DNA of 64,000 nucleotides from a bacterium (GTDB taxonomy: Bacteria > Hinthialibacterota > Hinthialibacteria > Hinthialibacterales > Hinthialibacteraceae), in NCBI GenBank assembly GCA_963663405.2, contig CAXXSM010000132.1, positions 64,001 through 128,000 of the forward strand, given 5' to 3'. Within the stretch, counting starts at the first letter, position 1. The number at the start of each line of letters is the position of its first letter. Under the pieces are notes generated by a model. That model ran no database searches. It was not told the origin of the DNA and saw nothing but the letters and a program-made list of their open reading frames with translations. The translations under genes and the position numbers were made by a program. Shown piece after piece: positions 50,845-61,779 of this stretch.

Positions 50845-51175
50845 GTGTTAATCTCCGCCCGGAATCCGTGAATCGGATTATCCCTAACTCCATAAGATCT
50901 TCATCCCGTGCTTCATGAATCCGGGATTCTAACGTAACCAGCGCCTATGCCGTTCCCACCGTTTATTCCATTGTAACGCAAGAAATGATATTTTGAGGCC
51001 AAAAATGGATTTAGATTATGTCTTTTGTGAATTAATTTTTCACCACTCTTTATTACGCACACATATAAATTTATCTTATTATATAGGAGTATACAATGTT
51101 ATCTTCTTCTCGTAAATCTTGTCTTTTGATGGATCGAATGGGGCGGTAGAATACGCAGATAATGGCGTTCCAATG

Positions 51176-51772
51176 TTAGAAGGCTTGATTGGCTTTGATC
51201 CAATCCGGGGCGTATACGCCACCCGTAATGAAAATCGCGCCTAAGCTTCTCAATCCATTGCTTAAGTCATAAGGCGCGAAATGAGACGGCTTGCCGGGAT
51301 AATTTGGACTGCCGGGAATTCCGTCAATTTGAGATGGACCTACGCCTTCCAATAAATACATATCAGCCTGCACGCCGATCAGGGCTGGCACCTCACTGCC
51401 AAGGCCGTGTTTGCGTGGTGTGTATTCTAACTTTTGGTCGTATGTGTTATCTGACGTGTTTTTATGATTAATGCTGGCGAATGGATTGTCAACCGCGTCC
51501 AGTGATGTTAGATACGCGACAGGAGTTGTAAGCCCCCGGTATGGAATATAATCATTAAACGTTCCCCCATAGGCGTACATGGGAATGTAACTATTGTTAT
51601 CCGTCCGGTACATCTCCAGCGCCGTCGCGACGGCTTTTTGATTGGCGACGGCTTTGGCCACCTTCGCCCGGACCTGGGCGTTCAAAAAATTCGGCACGGC
51701 GATCGCCGCCAAAATCCCAATAATCGCAACAACAATTAGCAACTCAATGAGAGTGAAACTTCTCTCTCGCAT
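51176..51772 (-). CDS. Prepilin-type N-methylation domain protein
   Basis: MRERS|FTLIELLIVVAIIGILAAIAVPNF; LTTPVAY; GVGP; YDLSNGLRSLG. Confidence 0.9.
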   Translation of the reverse strand: MRERSFTLIELLIVVAIIGILAAIAVPNFLNAQVRAKVAKAVANQKAVATALEMYRTDNNSYIPMYAYGGTFNDYIPYRGLTTPVAYLTSLDAVDNPFASINHKNTSDNTYDQKLEYTPRKHGLGSEVPALIGVQADMYLLEGVGPSQIDGIPGSPNYPGKPSHFAPYDLSNGLRSLGAIFITGGVYAPDWIKANQAF

Positions 51773-51831
51773 TACAATTTCCTTTCAAGATTTAGTGGAA
51801 CACGGGCGCCGGCGTCCGTAATAGAGTTAAA

Positions 51832-52419
51832 TTATTTTCCAACGAGCGATTCATCGCATGGGAATGACATCCGGGGGCCTAAACGCACAATATCTCCAAA
51901 ACTTCGGAGACCATTCGATCCTGCGTACGAATATACGTTCCCATACGTGTTCGTCCCATCCGGTCCCGCGCTGGAGACACGCCATTCCGCGCACCGCCGC
52001 GAAGGGGGCAATAAAGTGGCGCCATTGAATCGGATCGTCCCCCACGATTCCACGTAGTCGTATGTGGTGTACGATTCGTTTTGGCTTTCGTCGATACGCG
52101 CGCCGGGAGGGCCATAGATGAATGGATCCTGTGGCACAGCGGAAATATAGGCGATTGGCGTAGTGAGTGGATAGAACCGGCGGGGCAGTGGATTGATATT
52201 GCTCCCATCCGAATTCACCCAATACGGGTAATGATTATTGTCCAACCGGTACATCTCCAACGCGGTGCTCAGCGCCTGCATATCCGATTCCGCATTCGCG
52301 ATCTTCGCCCGGACCTGCGCATTCAGAAAATTCGGTACAGCGATGGCCGCTAAAATACCAATAATCGCCACAACGATCAATAATTCGATCAATGTAAACG
52401 CTCTCCCCAGCTCTCTCAT
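51832..52419 (-). CDS. Prepilin-type N-methylation domain protein
   Basis: GRA|FTLIELLIVVAIIGILAAIAVPNF; LTTPIAY..PQDPF; SAGPDG; SNGLRSFGDI. Confidence 0.9.
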   Translation of the reverse strand: MRELGRAFTLIELLIVVAIIGILAAIAVPNFLNAQVRAKIANAESDMQALSTALEMYRLDNNHYPYWVNSDGSNINPLPRRFYPLTTPIAYISAVPQDPFIYGPPGARIDESQNESYTTYDYVESWGTIRFNGATLLPPSRRCAEWRVSSAGPDGTNTYGNVYSYAGSNGLRSFGDIVRLGPRMSFPCDESLVGK

Positions 52420-52647
52420 GATCGATAACCTCCCAAAGGATTATTCCCCACAAGCGGCTGAGGAATAACCAGTATACTATCAGTTTTTTAAAAAAAGATT
52501 AAGTTATTTTTGGGATCGAGTTAGTGTATGCTTATTCTATAGATGAGAGATTGTGTCCGGGGAATGGATGCATATGAAGATTTTAGTTCTCGAACGAATT
52601 GTTAAAAAGATGAAGAATTGTGTTATCGAGAAAACAGGATACCTGAA

Positions 52648-53585
52648 TTAAAATAGATCCCAACATTTCACCGGGGAAATTTCTCCTCCCAGTGGGAGAT
52701 CGTCCGTAAAGCGTAATTCTTCGAAAAATGGGGGTTGGTTCGCGAGAACGCCGTTCCAGGAATGATTGCTGAAGACTCCCTTGTCCCAATCCGCCCAACT
52801 GATGTTGATTCCAATGGGATGCGTGGATACGAATTCATTGAACGTGCCGAATGGAATCCGGATTTCCATCGTGTAGCCCATATTGTCCGAATCGAGCTGG
52901 GTCGCGGTTTCCACCGTCGAGAGCAGTTCGTATTCGAGATCCCCTCCATCGTTGTATTCCGCGCTCGTTCCAAAGATTTCTTTATATTGGTAGCTGAATG
53001 TATTCATTGTCAAACCATAATCTTCTTCAGGGAGATCGGGAAAGTCACGCCGCTGCAAAGCGTCATCAATCAAAACATCAAATTGCAAGTCGTTGGGAGT
53101 GTCGCCAAGCACATCCGGTAACCGGTCGTTATCGTTATCCAGCCAGAACTCAATTCCATCGCTGGTCCAGCCTGTGGAATTGCCCGTAAAAAAGCCATCC
53201 GCGTCGACGGTATTCGCGCTGGCGTGTTCGAATCCGATTTCGCTGTCGCGGGCGATGTTAAGAACGTAGAAAGCGTCATCGTCCCATGCGATGTAGGTCG
53301 TGGCGCTTAAATCCTCCGGCCCCCCATCCCACGAATTCTCGCCGTTCCAATAGGTGGTATCGGTATCCAGAACAAAGTGATCTCCCGTAGTAAGCGTTCC
53401 ATTCGCGCTTAAAATAGCGGGTGTTGTAAAATCAGGAATCGGCCAATCTTCCGCATTCCCATCAATCGTATATGGAAATGGAAGCGTCGAATTTCCGGCA
53501 GTCGACAAACTGATCTTGTGAGAAAACCCGCTGTACTCATTGCCAAGACGAAAAGAATTGTGAAAAGACGGAACACATTATTCAT
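52648..53585 (-). CDS. Secreted acidic CBM9-like protein, one frameshift after the signal peptide
   Basis: Signal MNNVFRLFTILFVLAMSTAG in another frame; TIDG..EDW, AWDDDAFY, DGIEFWLD, YTMEIRIPF; ends VKCWDLF. Confidence 0.75.
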
Positions 53586-53682
53586 TTGCAAACCCTCTCT
53601 TTCAATATTTTAAAAACAAAATATTTCTTTCGATCTGGTTTAACTATCGTATATGTCAATGTTGTGATAACTTGTGTAACGC

Positions 53683-54674
53683 CTAAGCAAACTGTTTCAA
53701 CGCCTTTTCTTGATATTTGCTTTCACGGTCGAATAAGAATGTTTGTTTCCCCGCGACCGCTTCGAAACTCTGGCCGTTCAGTGTCCGGAGCCATTTGCTC
53801 AGCGCGTAAAACCGGAGCGCGGCCAATCCTTCCCAGAAATTCAGGTCCTCGATAGAAGTGTCCGTTAATCGGACGTACCGTGCGATAAACCGATTCGCGA
53901 GAGATCGGTCTTGTTTCCACTGCAGAGATAACGAAGTTTGCGCGGCGTCCAGCCGGGGATCGCCGATTGCCGCATGTTCCCAGTTTAACACCGTCCGTAC
54001 TTTTCCATTAGACAATAATAGATTATCCAATTCAAAACTTCCATGTAAAAAGGACAGGAGCAATGGGTTTTTGGTTTTTCAATTGCCTGTAACATCCCTG
54101 GAAACAGGTTTTCAATTCATCCGAACCGAGTGGCATCACTCTCGACCAGATTTTCTTTACTATCATCTCCGGTTCAATTTTGGGAATCAAGGGATGCCGG
54201 GCGGGAATGGATTGGTGCAGCTGCGCCAAACAATCCGCCAGAGAATCGACCGTCACTTCTTGAATCGACGACAGGCTGTCTTCTCATATTCCCACCATCG
54301 CTGTCCGTCACCCGCGTCCAGAGATCATGTAGGGATGGCCGAATGGCTGTTGAGAAGGGCTGAAACTGTAAGGGAAAGGAACTGGACAGCCGTTTTGGTA
54401 CGCATGACGCGTCGCCGCGTACTCTTTCGAGGTTTTCAATTCCTCTGTTCCTTTCCAAATCGAGAACATGCCATAATGCAACCGCAGGATCAGCTGAAGT
54501 TCCGTATCCGGTGAGATGAGGGTGAAATCGTATTCTTGATGCGGTGAAATCCGGTTCAAACGCGGCGAGACAGATCCCACCCCGCAAGGCTGGTTCTGTT
54601 GGGAAGACTTTCTTGCACGTCATTAAAATCGCGTGCTCAAGCCAATCGTATGTTTTTTTGCTTTCAACGTTCAC
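53683..54674 (-). CDS. APH/choline-kinase-like phosphotransferase, frameshifted
   Basis: Pieces in several frames: LILRLH, PVP.P, FGHPYMI, LAQLH, FLHGSF...NLL, VLNWE.A.IGDP..D. Confidence 0.65.
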
Positions 54675-55553
54675 GTGTTATTAGGTAGCTTAGGTTGAAG
54701 GTTGAAGACTGAAGGTTTTTTCCTTCGGCCTTTGGCCTTCGGATTTTTTTCTGCTTCGCTATTTCATGTTTATTCTAAATGGTGTAAAGACTTACTGTTT
54801 TTAATTTTAACCAACTGATTGTCAGAATCTGGATGCCCAGGATGAAAGGATGGGCAGGATAAGGTCTTGAATATCTTTGTTGTCAATCCAGATTCTGGCA
54901 GATATCAGCTTCGCTTCGCTCTGTTTTGAGGGCGCCTCTACGTTTATCAGTTAGCGGAATATCCTACATACTTCCGCCTATTTCTTTAATCATGAGTATA
55001 CTAAATTCTTCTACCTTCAAGCGAATTCTCTAAATTACTATCTTTCAACTCGTAGAGATCGGATTAATCCATTCAACACTTTTTCTGCTTCTTGAATTTT
55101 TGGTTCTATTAAAGATAAGTCGTGGTTGTTAATAAATCCTAAACGGTTTGATAAGTCAAACTGATAATGAAGTTCCCTTAACGATCCAAAGGCAATATAG
55201 AGAAAACGAAGGTAATCTGTTTGGCTGTCACGGGCGCAACCTTCTACAATGTTTGAAGGAATCGAGACAGCTGCCCTTCTCATTTGAGAAGTCAATCCAT
55301 ACAATTCTTCTTTCGGAAATCCAGCCGTCACACGATAAACCAGCATTGCTAATTCGTCCGCCAATTCAAAGGCTCTAAGTTTAGTATGATCGCGCATAAC
55401 AGATATTAAAAAAACTAATCTTGTGCTTTACCTTCAGGTCTTCAGCCTTCGACCTAAACCCCTAAAAAGCTTTACCTTCAGCCTTCAAACCTAATCCCCT
55501 AAAAAAGTTTTTCCTTCAGTCTTCAGCCTTCAACCTAATCCCCTAAATAATAC
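54675..55553. repeat. About 880-bp module bounded by about 40-bp imperfect inverted repeats built of CCTTCAG-like heptamers
   Basis: 54690-54715 TTAGGTTGAAGGTTGAAGACTGAAGG matches the reverse complement of 55513-55538 at 25/26; three tandem units at 55425-55550. Confidence 0.8.
55038..55397 (-). CDS. Four helix bundle protein (23S rRNA IVP/Avd-like family)
   Basis: FPKEELYGLTSQMRRAAVSIPSNIVEG, FLYIAFGSLREL. Confidence 0.92.
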   Translation of the reverse strand: MRDHTKLRAFELADELAMLVYRVTAGFPKEELYGLTSQMRRAAVSIPSNIVEGCARDSQTDYLRFLYIAFGSLRELHYQFDLSNRLGFINNHDLSLIEPKIQEAEKVLNGLIRSLRVER

Positions 55554-55565
55554 CTCAAAAATTGT

Positions 55566-56477
55566 TTACAAGAAAAAATTTAATGCGCCTGGAATTAATT
55601 CAATTTCATATGGTGGTTTTCCCAGGATCTCACCATCTATTACTACATGAGGAATATCTTGAAGGTCTATGTTAACGCGCTTGACTTTTTGATGCCGGAT
55701 TTTCGGGATGTTTTAAATGGGCTTGGGATGGCAGAGTGATAAATAATTTCAGCAATTCCATTGCGGAGATCTCTTCCGCGTACAATAATTCGAAGTATCC
55801 GTCATCCACAACAGATTGTGGCGAGATGCGCATTTCCCGGCCTGTGTACTGTGAGTTGCAAACTACAAGCAGAGGGGAATGGATTGTGACCGGGTTACCA
55901 TCGTCAATTCCTAATTGAACGGTATATTGCTTCAACCCGGAAGCAGGGATAAAAATCCCGCGTGATATCCGTATTGACCAAGAAACCGGAATCGGGAATG
56001 ACGCAACCGCGCCGCTTCCGCGAGTGTCCCGAATCCAACTATATTTAAAAAAAAGATTGTCGCAGGGGCGCCATCGTTCATATAATGTAGTTTTCCCACA
56101 TCCACAGCCCGTGTTGAACCTGCTAGAATCCGCTCACAGGCGTCTTTCACAGTCAGTATATTAAAATCACGCAGAAACGCGTTTCCGGTGCCCAGTGGAA
56201 GCATTCCAACTTGTGTTTTATCCGCGTGTCCGCTGCGCATCACTCCATTGATTGTTTCCAACGCGGTTCCGTCTCCCCCGGCGCAGGTAATCCGTCTCAA
56301 ACCGGTTTCAATCATCTGTTCCGCCAAGCGTGACGCATGTCCTGGATATTCCGTCTCGTGAATCTCAACGGAATGACCTGCCTTTTGGAGATATTCGATC
56401 GCCGCATGAAGCCGCTTTATCGTCTTGCCCCGCGCAGCGTTAGGATTGAATATGATATGGAAGACGTTTGTGTCCAT
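55566..56477 (-). CDS. Diacylglycerol kinase family (YegS/BmrU) lipid kinase, frameshifted
   Basis: IFNPNA, AGGDGT, LPLGTGN.F, then CNSQY.G...P.S.VDDG and IDGE in other frames. Confidence 0.8.
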
Positions 56478-56584
56478 CACGAAAATCGATTGACTTTCCG
56501 GCTTTGTTCTGGGCTTGTGATTTCCCTCTCGAAGTTCACAATACATTAGCGGAAATTTAACTTTATCAATAGGGTAAAAAATTA

Positions 56585-57478
56585 ATGGCTGTATCAATCC
56601 CCTGGTGGGGGCGTTTGGCCCTGCAGAGAACGGCCGCGTCTCTTCCTTGGACAATCTGGCTCTGGAAACGCTACCTGCGCGCCAAACATCTTTCATCAAT
56701 CAATGAAGAGACCATTCTCTCCGCTCTCCAGCAAATTGAAATGGCGCGGGCGCATGGTCTCTCCCTAGAGGGTCAATCGGTTTTGGAGATCGGTTCGGGT
56801 TGGAAACCTCTTATTCCATTGATTTTACGTATGGCCGGCGCGAACCGCGTCATCATGAGTGATATCAACCAGACGATGGACCGCGTGATGTTGATGAAAG
56901 CCCTGGAACAAGTCCGCCTTAAAGCCGAAGCCTCGAAAGAGAGTCTTGCAGACCTGGGACTTTCACTGGATCGTCTTATGTTAGATGAAACGCTAAGTTT
57001 TCAGGATACGTTACAGGCGCTTCATTTAGAATACCGGATAGGACCGCTCGAATCGGAACCTATAGATGCGATCGTTTCGCATAATGTATTAGAACACATC
57101 CCCGAAATCGAGTTGCCGGATATCCTGCGCCGATGCGCGAAAATTCTAAAGCCTGGGGGATGGATGATCCATTGCATCGACCATTCCGACCATTTACAAC
57201 ATACATGTCCTTCAATCAGCCCAATGTGTTTTTTGCGCTTTGAAGAAACCACATGGAACCGGTGGTCTAAAGGTCCGTTTCATCAAAACCGCCTCCGCTG
57301 GTTTGAGTATAAAAATCTATTCGAAACCGCTGGATTTCAGATTCTTACATGGGAGAAAGAATGCTACCCAAGCACGATTGAAGAAGCCATAACCATCCCT
57401 CTTTGTAAACGGTACAAAAATACAAAACCAGAAGATCTCGCCGTGTTGAAAAGCCGGGTGGCGCTGAGGAAAATTTGA
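56585..57478 (+). CDS. Class I SAM-dependent methyltransferase
   Basis: VLEIGSGW, SHNVLEHI, LKPGG, NRLR. Confidence 0.85.
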   Translation: MAVSIPWWGRLALQRTAASLPWTIWLWKRYLRAKHLSSINEETILSALQQIEMARAHGLSLEGQSVLEIGSGWKPLIPLILRMAGANRVIMSDINQTMDRVMLMKALEQVRLKAEASKESLADLGLSLDRLMLDETLSFQDTLQALHLEYRIGPLESEPIDAIVSHNVLEHIPEIELPDILRRCAKILKPGGWMIHCIDHSDHLQHTCPSISPMCFLRFEETTWNRWSKGPFHQNRLRWFEYKNLFETAGFQILTWEKECYPSTIEEAITIPLCKRYKNTKPEDLAVLKSRVALRKI

Positions 57479-57636
57479 TGAAACAGAAAAAGGGATATTT
57501 ATGCTCTTAACTACGTCAAATCATTGATATGAGTTCTTCCTTTTTTATTTGAAAATAGGCCTATTGCTCCTACCGTATCCAATCTATCAGTAATTTAGCA
57601 CTTTATCATAATTCAAAGTATTTGCTTGACATTTGT

Positions 57637-57650
57637 TGTCAAATATGACA
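57637..57650 (+). promoter_or_regulatory. Probable TA operator
   Basis: Near-palindrome TGTCA-AATA-TGACA downstream of TTGACA, just before the toxin start. Confidence 0.5.
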
Positions 57651-57660
57651 TCATTCTATT

Positions 57661-58008
57661 ATGAACATAAATACAAGACCAATTTCATGGCTTAAGGGAG
57701 CGCGTAAGGTATTCGATAAGTTCCCGAAAAATGCTCGTGAATATTTTTTTAGAGCGCTTGATTTGGCTGCCGAAGGTAAAAAATCCGATATCGCCAAACC
57801 TATGAAAGGTATCGGTTCAGGAGTTTTCGAAATTGCTCTCCGTTATCAAACGGATGCCTTCCGTGTAGTTTATGCGGTACAAATTGGTGAAGATCTTTGG
57901 GTGATCCATGCGTTTCAGAAAAAATCAACAGAAGGAATAAAAACACCAAAAAACGAAATCGATGTTATACAAGACCGGCTCAAACGATTAAAGGAAATTT
58001 TAAAATGA
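57661..58008 (+). CDS. RelE/HigB-like (Gp49) toxin
   Basis: KPMKGIGSGVFEI, FRVVYAV, VIHAFQKKS..G.KTP. Confidence 0.9.
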   Translation: MNINTRPISWLKGARKVFDKFPKNAREYFFRALDLAAEGKKSDIAKPMKGIGSGVFEIALRYQTDAFRVVYAVQIGEDLWVIHAFQKKSTEGIKTPKNEIDVIQDRLKRLKEILK

Positions 58009-58331
58009 ATGATGATATGGAACTAATACGTGGAAGTGGAAATGTCTGGCGCGATTTTAACTATCCAGACGCGGACATCAGACAAGCCAAAAGCATCATC
58101 GCGGCCCGGATTATCGGAATACTGGATGAAAAAAAACTCACAACCCGAAAAGCCGAAAAGGAAACTGGTTATGCCGCTGCAGATTTTTCTCGTATTCGGA
58201 ATGCTGATTTCGGCCGTTTTACACTGGATCGTCTTATCCGTATACTGCATTCACTCGATCAAAAGTTAGAAGTCACTGTGACGATTCAATCACAACCTTC
58301 AAAAGAACATATTCTTGCTATCCCCAATTGA
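58005..58331 (+). CDS. HigA-like XRE antitoxin
   Basis: GSGNVWRD, HTH AADFSRIRN...FTLDRL; ATGA overlap with the toxin. Confidence 0.88.
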   Translation: MNDDMELIRGSGNVWRDFNYPDADIRQAKSIIAARIIGILDEKKLTTRKAEKETGYAAADFSRIRNADFGRFTLDRLIRILHSLDQKLEVTVTIQSQPSKEHILAIPN

Positions 58332-58508
58332 CAATAGGAAAACGGCTTAAAAGAATCACTCCGTATATAATCCCACCATCACAGTTTTATAGTAATTCTC
58401 CCAATTCCCTACTTTTTCAATGGTTTTCTAACATTTATATCCTAGACTAGTAAAATCAATTCATGATAAGATATCCTCACTGAAATATCCCAATAATGAG
58501 GTTCAAAA

Positions 58509-59157
58509 ATGGTAAACAGAAAACGCTTTCACCTTGATCGAACTGTTGATCGTCGTCGCTATCATTGGGATTCTCGCGGCGATCGCCGTTCCGAACTTCA
58601 TGAACGCCCAAATCCGCGGCTAAAGTCGCCCGCTCCCAGGCGGATATGAAAAACCTGGGAACCGCGATCGAATCCTTTCGCCTTGATCAAGGTGTGATGT
58701 TGGTCGATTTTTGGGATGAAGGCTCTCTGATCGAACGTGTGCAGAACATGGGGATTGTGTTCGCCTGATAATGTGGACGACGCCGTGCGTAATCAACGCC
58801 TGCATCTTCGCTAATCTGACCAGCCCTGTTTCGTATATTACGTCAATTCCAAACGATCCCTTTTTTGGAAGTATCAACCAACACCAGCGACCGACTTGTG
58901 ATCGCTCTGGATGGCACATATTTTTACGGAGATAATGAACCCTCTATAGAAGGTAACGATAACAATTTCCAAGCGCTCTGGCCGGAAAACGCTGAAACCT
59001 ATGGTTTGACGCCTCTTAGGGAAAACCATTGGGCGCTGTTGGGGATGGGTCCCGACGGCCACAGTCGAGGAACTTGGCGACCGGTTGCGGGGAATCCCCT
59101 ACGACGCCACCAATGACCTTCACAGCCCTGGAGAAATTTCTCACCGGGGATAATTGA
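58509..59157 (+). CDS. Prepilin-type N-methylation domain protein, multiply frameshifted
   Basis: AFTLIELLIVVAIIGILAAIAVPNFMNAQIR, LTSPVSYITSIPNDPF and GMGPDG lie in different frames. Confidence 0.75.
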
Positions 59158-59277
59158 ATCGCTTTATTTGTTGTTCTTCCAATCTTCTCATTAATCATTT
59201 ATTCGTACGCTATTTAAAAAATGTTTCAGGGAATACTTTGATTCTTTGAATTCAGCGTCCGTTCTTCTTCGCTCCCG

Positions 59278-59306
59278 TTGAAACACGCCTGGCAATAACC
59301 TATAAT
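59278..59306 (+). promoter_or_regulatory. Sigma70 promoter of the permease
   Basis: TTGAAA-17-TATAAT. Confidence 0.6.
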
Positions 59307-59457
59307 TTCCTCGCTTCAAAAAGTCTAAAAGCCGGGATTATTGAATTTATCTCACAAAGGGGATCTTCTAGGCTTGCTCCATGCGCTTTTTGAAAGTGGC
59401 CGTAATAAGAATGAATTTATTGTAGAATCAATCATACTATCCAGGAGGACAAAGATT

Positions 59458-60854
59458 ATGGCAGGTAACTATGCATATCCCGATTATTTGGTGAAGGCGC
59501 AAACCCAACCCGCAGGAGAACCGCGCGGCGTGGTTTTTAAACACGGCGCCCTTCGTACGCGGGGATTTTTCTATGGATCGCGTTTTATGATCAGATGGCG
59601 AGTGGGACGCTCTCCGTTGGTGGAATTGGGGCGGCGGTTATAGGATTAATCGCAGGGGCGTTGATCGCGTTCTTTCTTTTTTACATGGGCGCCCGCCATG
59701 TGGGAATGAAAACCGGGTATCCGCTCTACATCGTTGGCACATCGACCTTTGGCGATAAGGGCGGGTATTTCCTGCCGGGGCTCTTCATGGGCGCTCTGCA
59801 AGTCGGCTGGTATAGCGTGGGCACGTATTTCGCGACGAAATTCGTCCTCAATTTCATTATGGGGCCCGCTAACGCGCCAGATCCGGCTGTCGGGGGATTT
59901 AGTATCGTCTTTACGATCACAGGAATTATCTGGGGATATTTATTCGCATACGTAGGAGTGAAAGGGATTGATTATGTGGCGAAAATATCCACCTATCTTC
60001 CCATCGTTCCTTTCCTTATGCTATTGTACGCTGTGATCGCGGGATCGGGCGGTCTTTCTTCCTTCGATGTCAAAACCATCACATCCGTGGATCCAAATTC
60101 TGTTTCGGCGCGCTTATGATGGTTCAAGTGGTAATTGGATTCTTCGCCACGGCGGGCGCTGCGGGCGCTGATTTTGGCACAAACAGTCGAAATAAAAATG
60201 ATGTCTTCATGGGGGGTCTTGTAGGTGTCGCTGTATCGATTTTCATTTGTGGTTTACTTCCGATGCTCGCGATCGCCGGAATTATGGGCTCCAACCCGGA
60301 ACTCGCCAACGCGGAAGAGGGCGCGTGGACATTCTCCCAGGCTATCGGGACACTCGCTGGCGGCCAATTCATGTTCCTCCTCTTCGCGATCGCTTCCATG
60401 TCACCGGCGTGTTTCTGTTCGTTCATCATCGGTAACAGTTTTTCGACCATGATTCCAAGTATTTCGCGTATGGCATGGACAATGGGCGGCGCGACAATTG
60501 GTATCATCTTGGCGATTACTGGCGTCGCGGGAAACTTGCTTTCTTCTTCACAGTGATCGGCGCTTGCTTCGGTCCTGTTTGTGGCGCGATGGCGGCGGAT
60601 TACATTCTTTGTGGTGGCAAATGGCCCGGGACCCGCGTAAAGGGATCAACTTGGCTGGCTATATTTCAGTCGCGATCGGTTTCATTGTGGGAATTCTTCC
60701 GAACCTTGATTGGTATCTTCCAAATCTTGGATTAGCTTCAGTCGTTCCCCTCGGCGTCTATTCCTTCATCGTCGGCTTCGTGCTGTATATCATCCTGGCC
60801 AAAGCCGGTATGGAACCCGAAGCTCTTCCCATGCCAAACGAAGAACAGGCTTAA
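59458..60854 (+). CDS. NCS1 (cytosine/purine permease-like) transporter, multiply frameshifted
   Basis: AGGAGG RBS; G..TG.PL....STFG..G, GWY, ADFG, FGPV.GAM.ADY across four or more frames. Confidence 0.75.
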
Positions 60855-60932
60855 TAGGGGGACTCGGTTGAAAACTGAAGGGAAAAAGGCGTAAGTATTT
60901 GTATACGTCTTACTATAATAATGAATAATCGT

Positions 60933-60969
60933 GAGGGGGCGCTCTGTTGAATCGCCCCCTCTCTTTTTT
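60933..60969 (+). terminator. Intrinsic terminator
   Basis: GAGGGGGCG...CGCCCCCTC followed by a T run. Confidence 0.65.
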
Positions 60970-61039
60970 CATTCCCCGTATAAATTTTTTTTCTTCTCAC
61001 CTTAAGTTCCCCCAACCGCAGAGTACAATTTTATATCTA

Positions 61040-61779
61040 ATGAATACGCCACGAATCAAAGGACTCTTCATAACCGGAACCGATACGGAAATTGGGAAGA
61101 CATTCATCACCTCACTGTTAACGATCGGTCTGCGAAGCCGGAAAGTAAACGTCTGTCCGGTCAAGCCAATCGGCGCGGGTGGCGTTCTGATCGATGATAA
61201 AATCGTTTCGGAAGACGCGCTCATCTATCAGCGATTGACGCATGTGGATGAACCGGTGTCCAAACTTAATCCCCTCTGTTTGAAGCGCCCCGCGTCCCCC
61301 CATTACGCGGCGGAATTGGAAAGCCGGCCGATTTCAATCCACAAGACGATCACCGCGGTTGAGGAACTCGGTCATAAATACGAGTATGTAATCGTAGAGG
61401 GAATCGGTGGATGGCTGGTTCCTATCCGGTACGATTACAGTGTGGCGGATTTCGCGAAAGATCTTGATCTTCCTGTCGTTATCGTTTCCGCCAACCGGCT
61501 GGGCACATTAAACCATACGCTCTTGACGATTGAATCGATCCGCGTCCATGGACTGGAACCGGCGGGTGTTATTGTGACGAATCCATCCCAGGGCGCCGAA
61601 ACCGATCTGCGGGAAAATAACATCACGACAATGGAGTGGATCGGTAATGTTAAAATTCTTGGCAATGTGCCATATATACAAAAGATATAATCGAAAACGC
61701 AGATACAAGTGTTCTCTGGGAACAAACGAAGGACACAATTCAATGGGAAGCGATCGAGAAAATCCTCCATACTCAATAG
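61040..61779 (+). CDS. bioD: Dethiobiotin synthase (frameshift near the C-terminus)
   Basis: FITGTDTEIGKT, KP, SPH.AA, VEGIGG, LGTLNHTLLT. Confidence 0.9.

Noticed and set aside
55038-55397. Diversity-generating retroelement (Avd-like gene plus variable pilins)
   Set aside because: No reverse transcriptase and no TR/VR pair differing at adenines; pilin variation includes indels throughout.
55425-55550. CRISPR array
   Set aside because: Units are adjacent degenerate tandem repeats without unique spacers; no cas genes.
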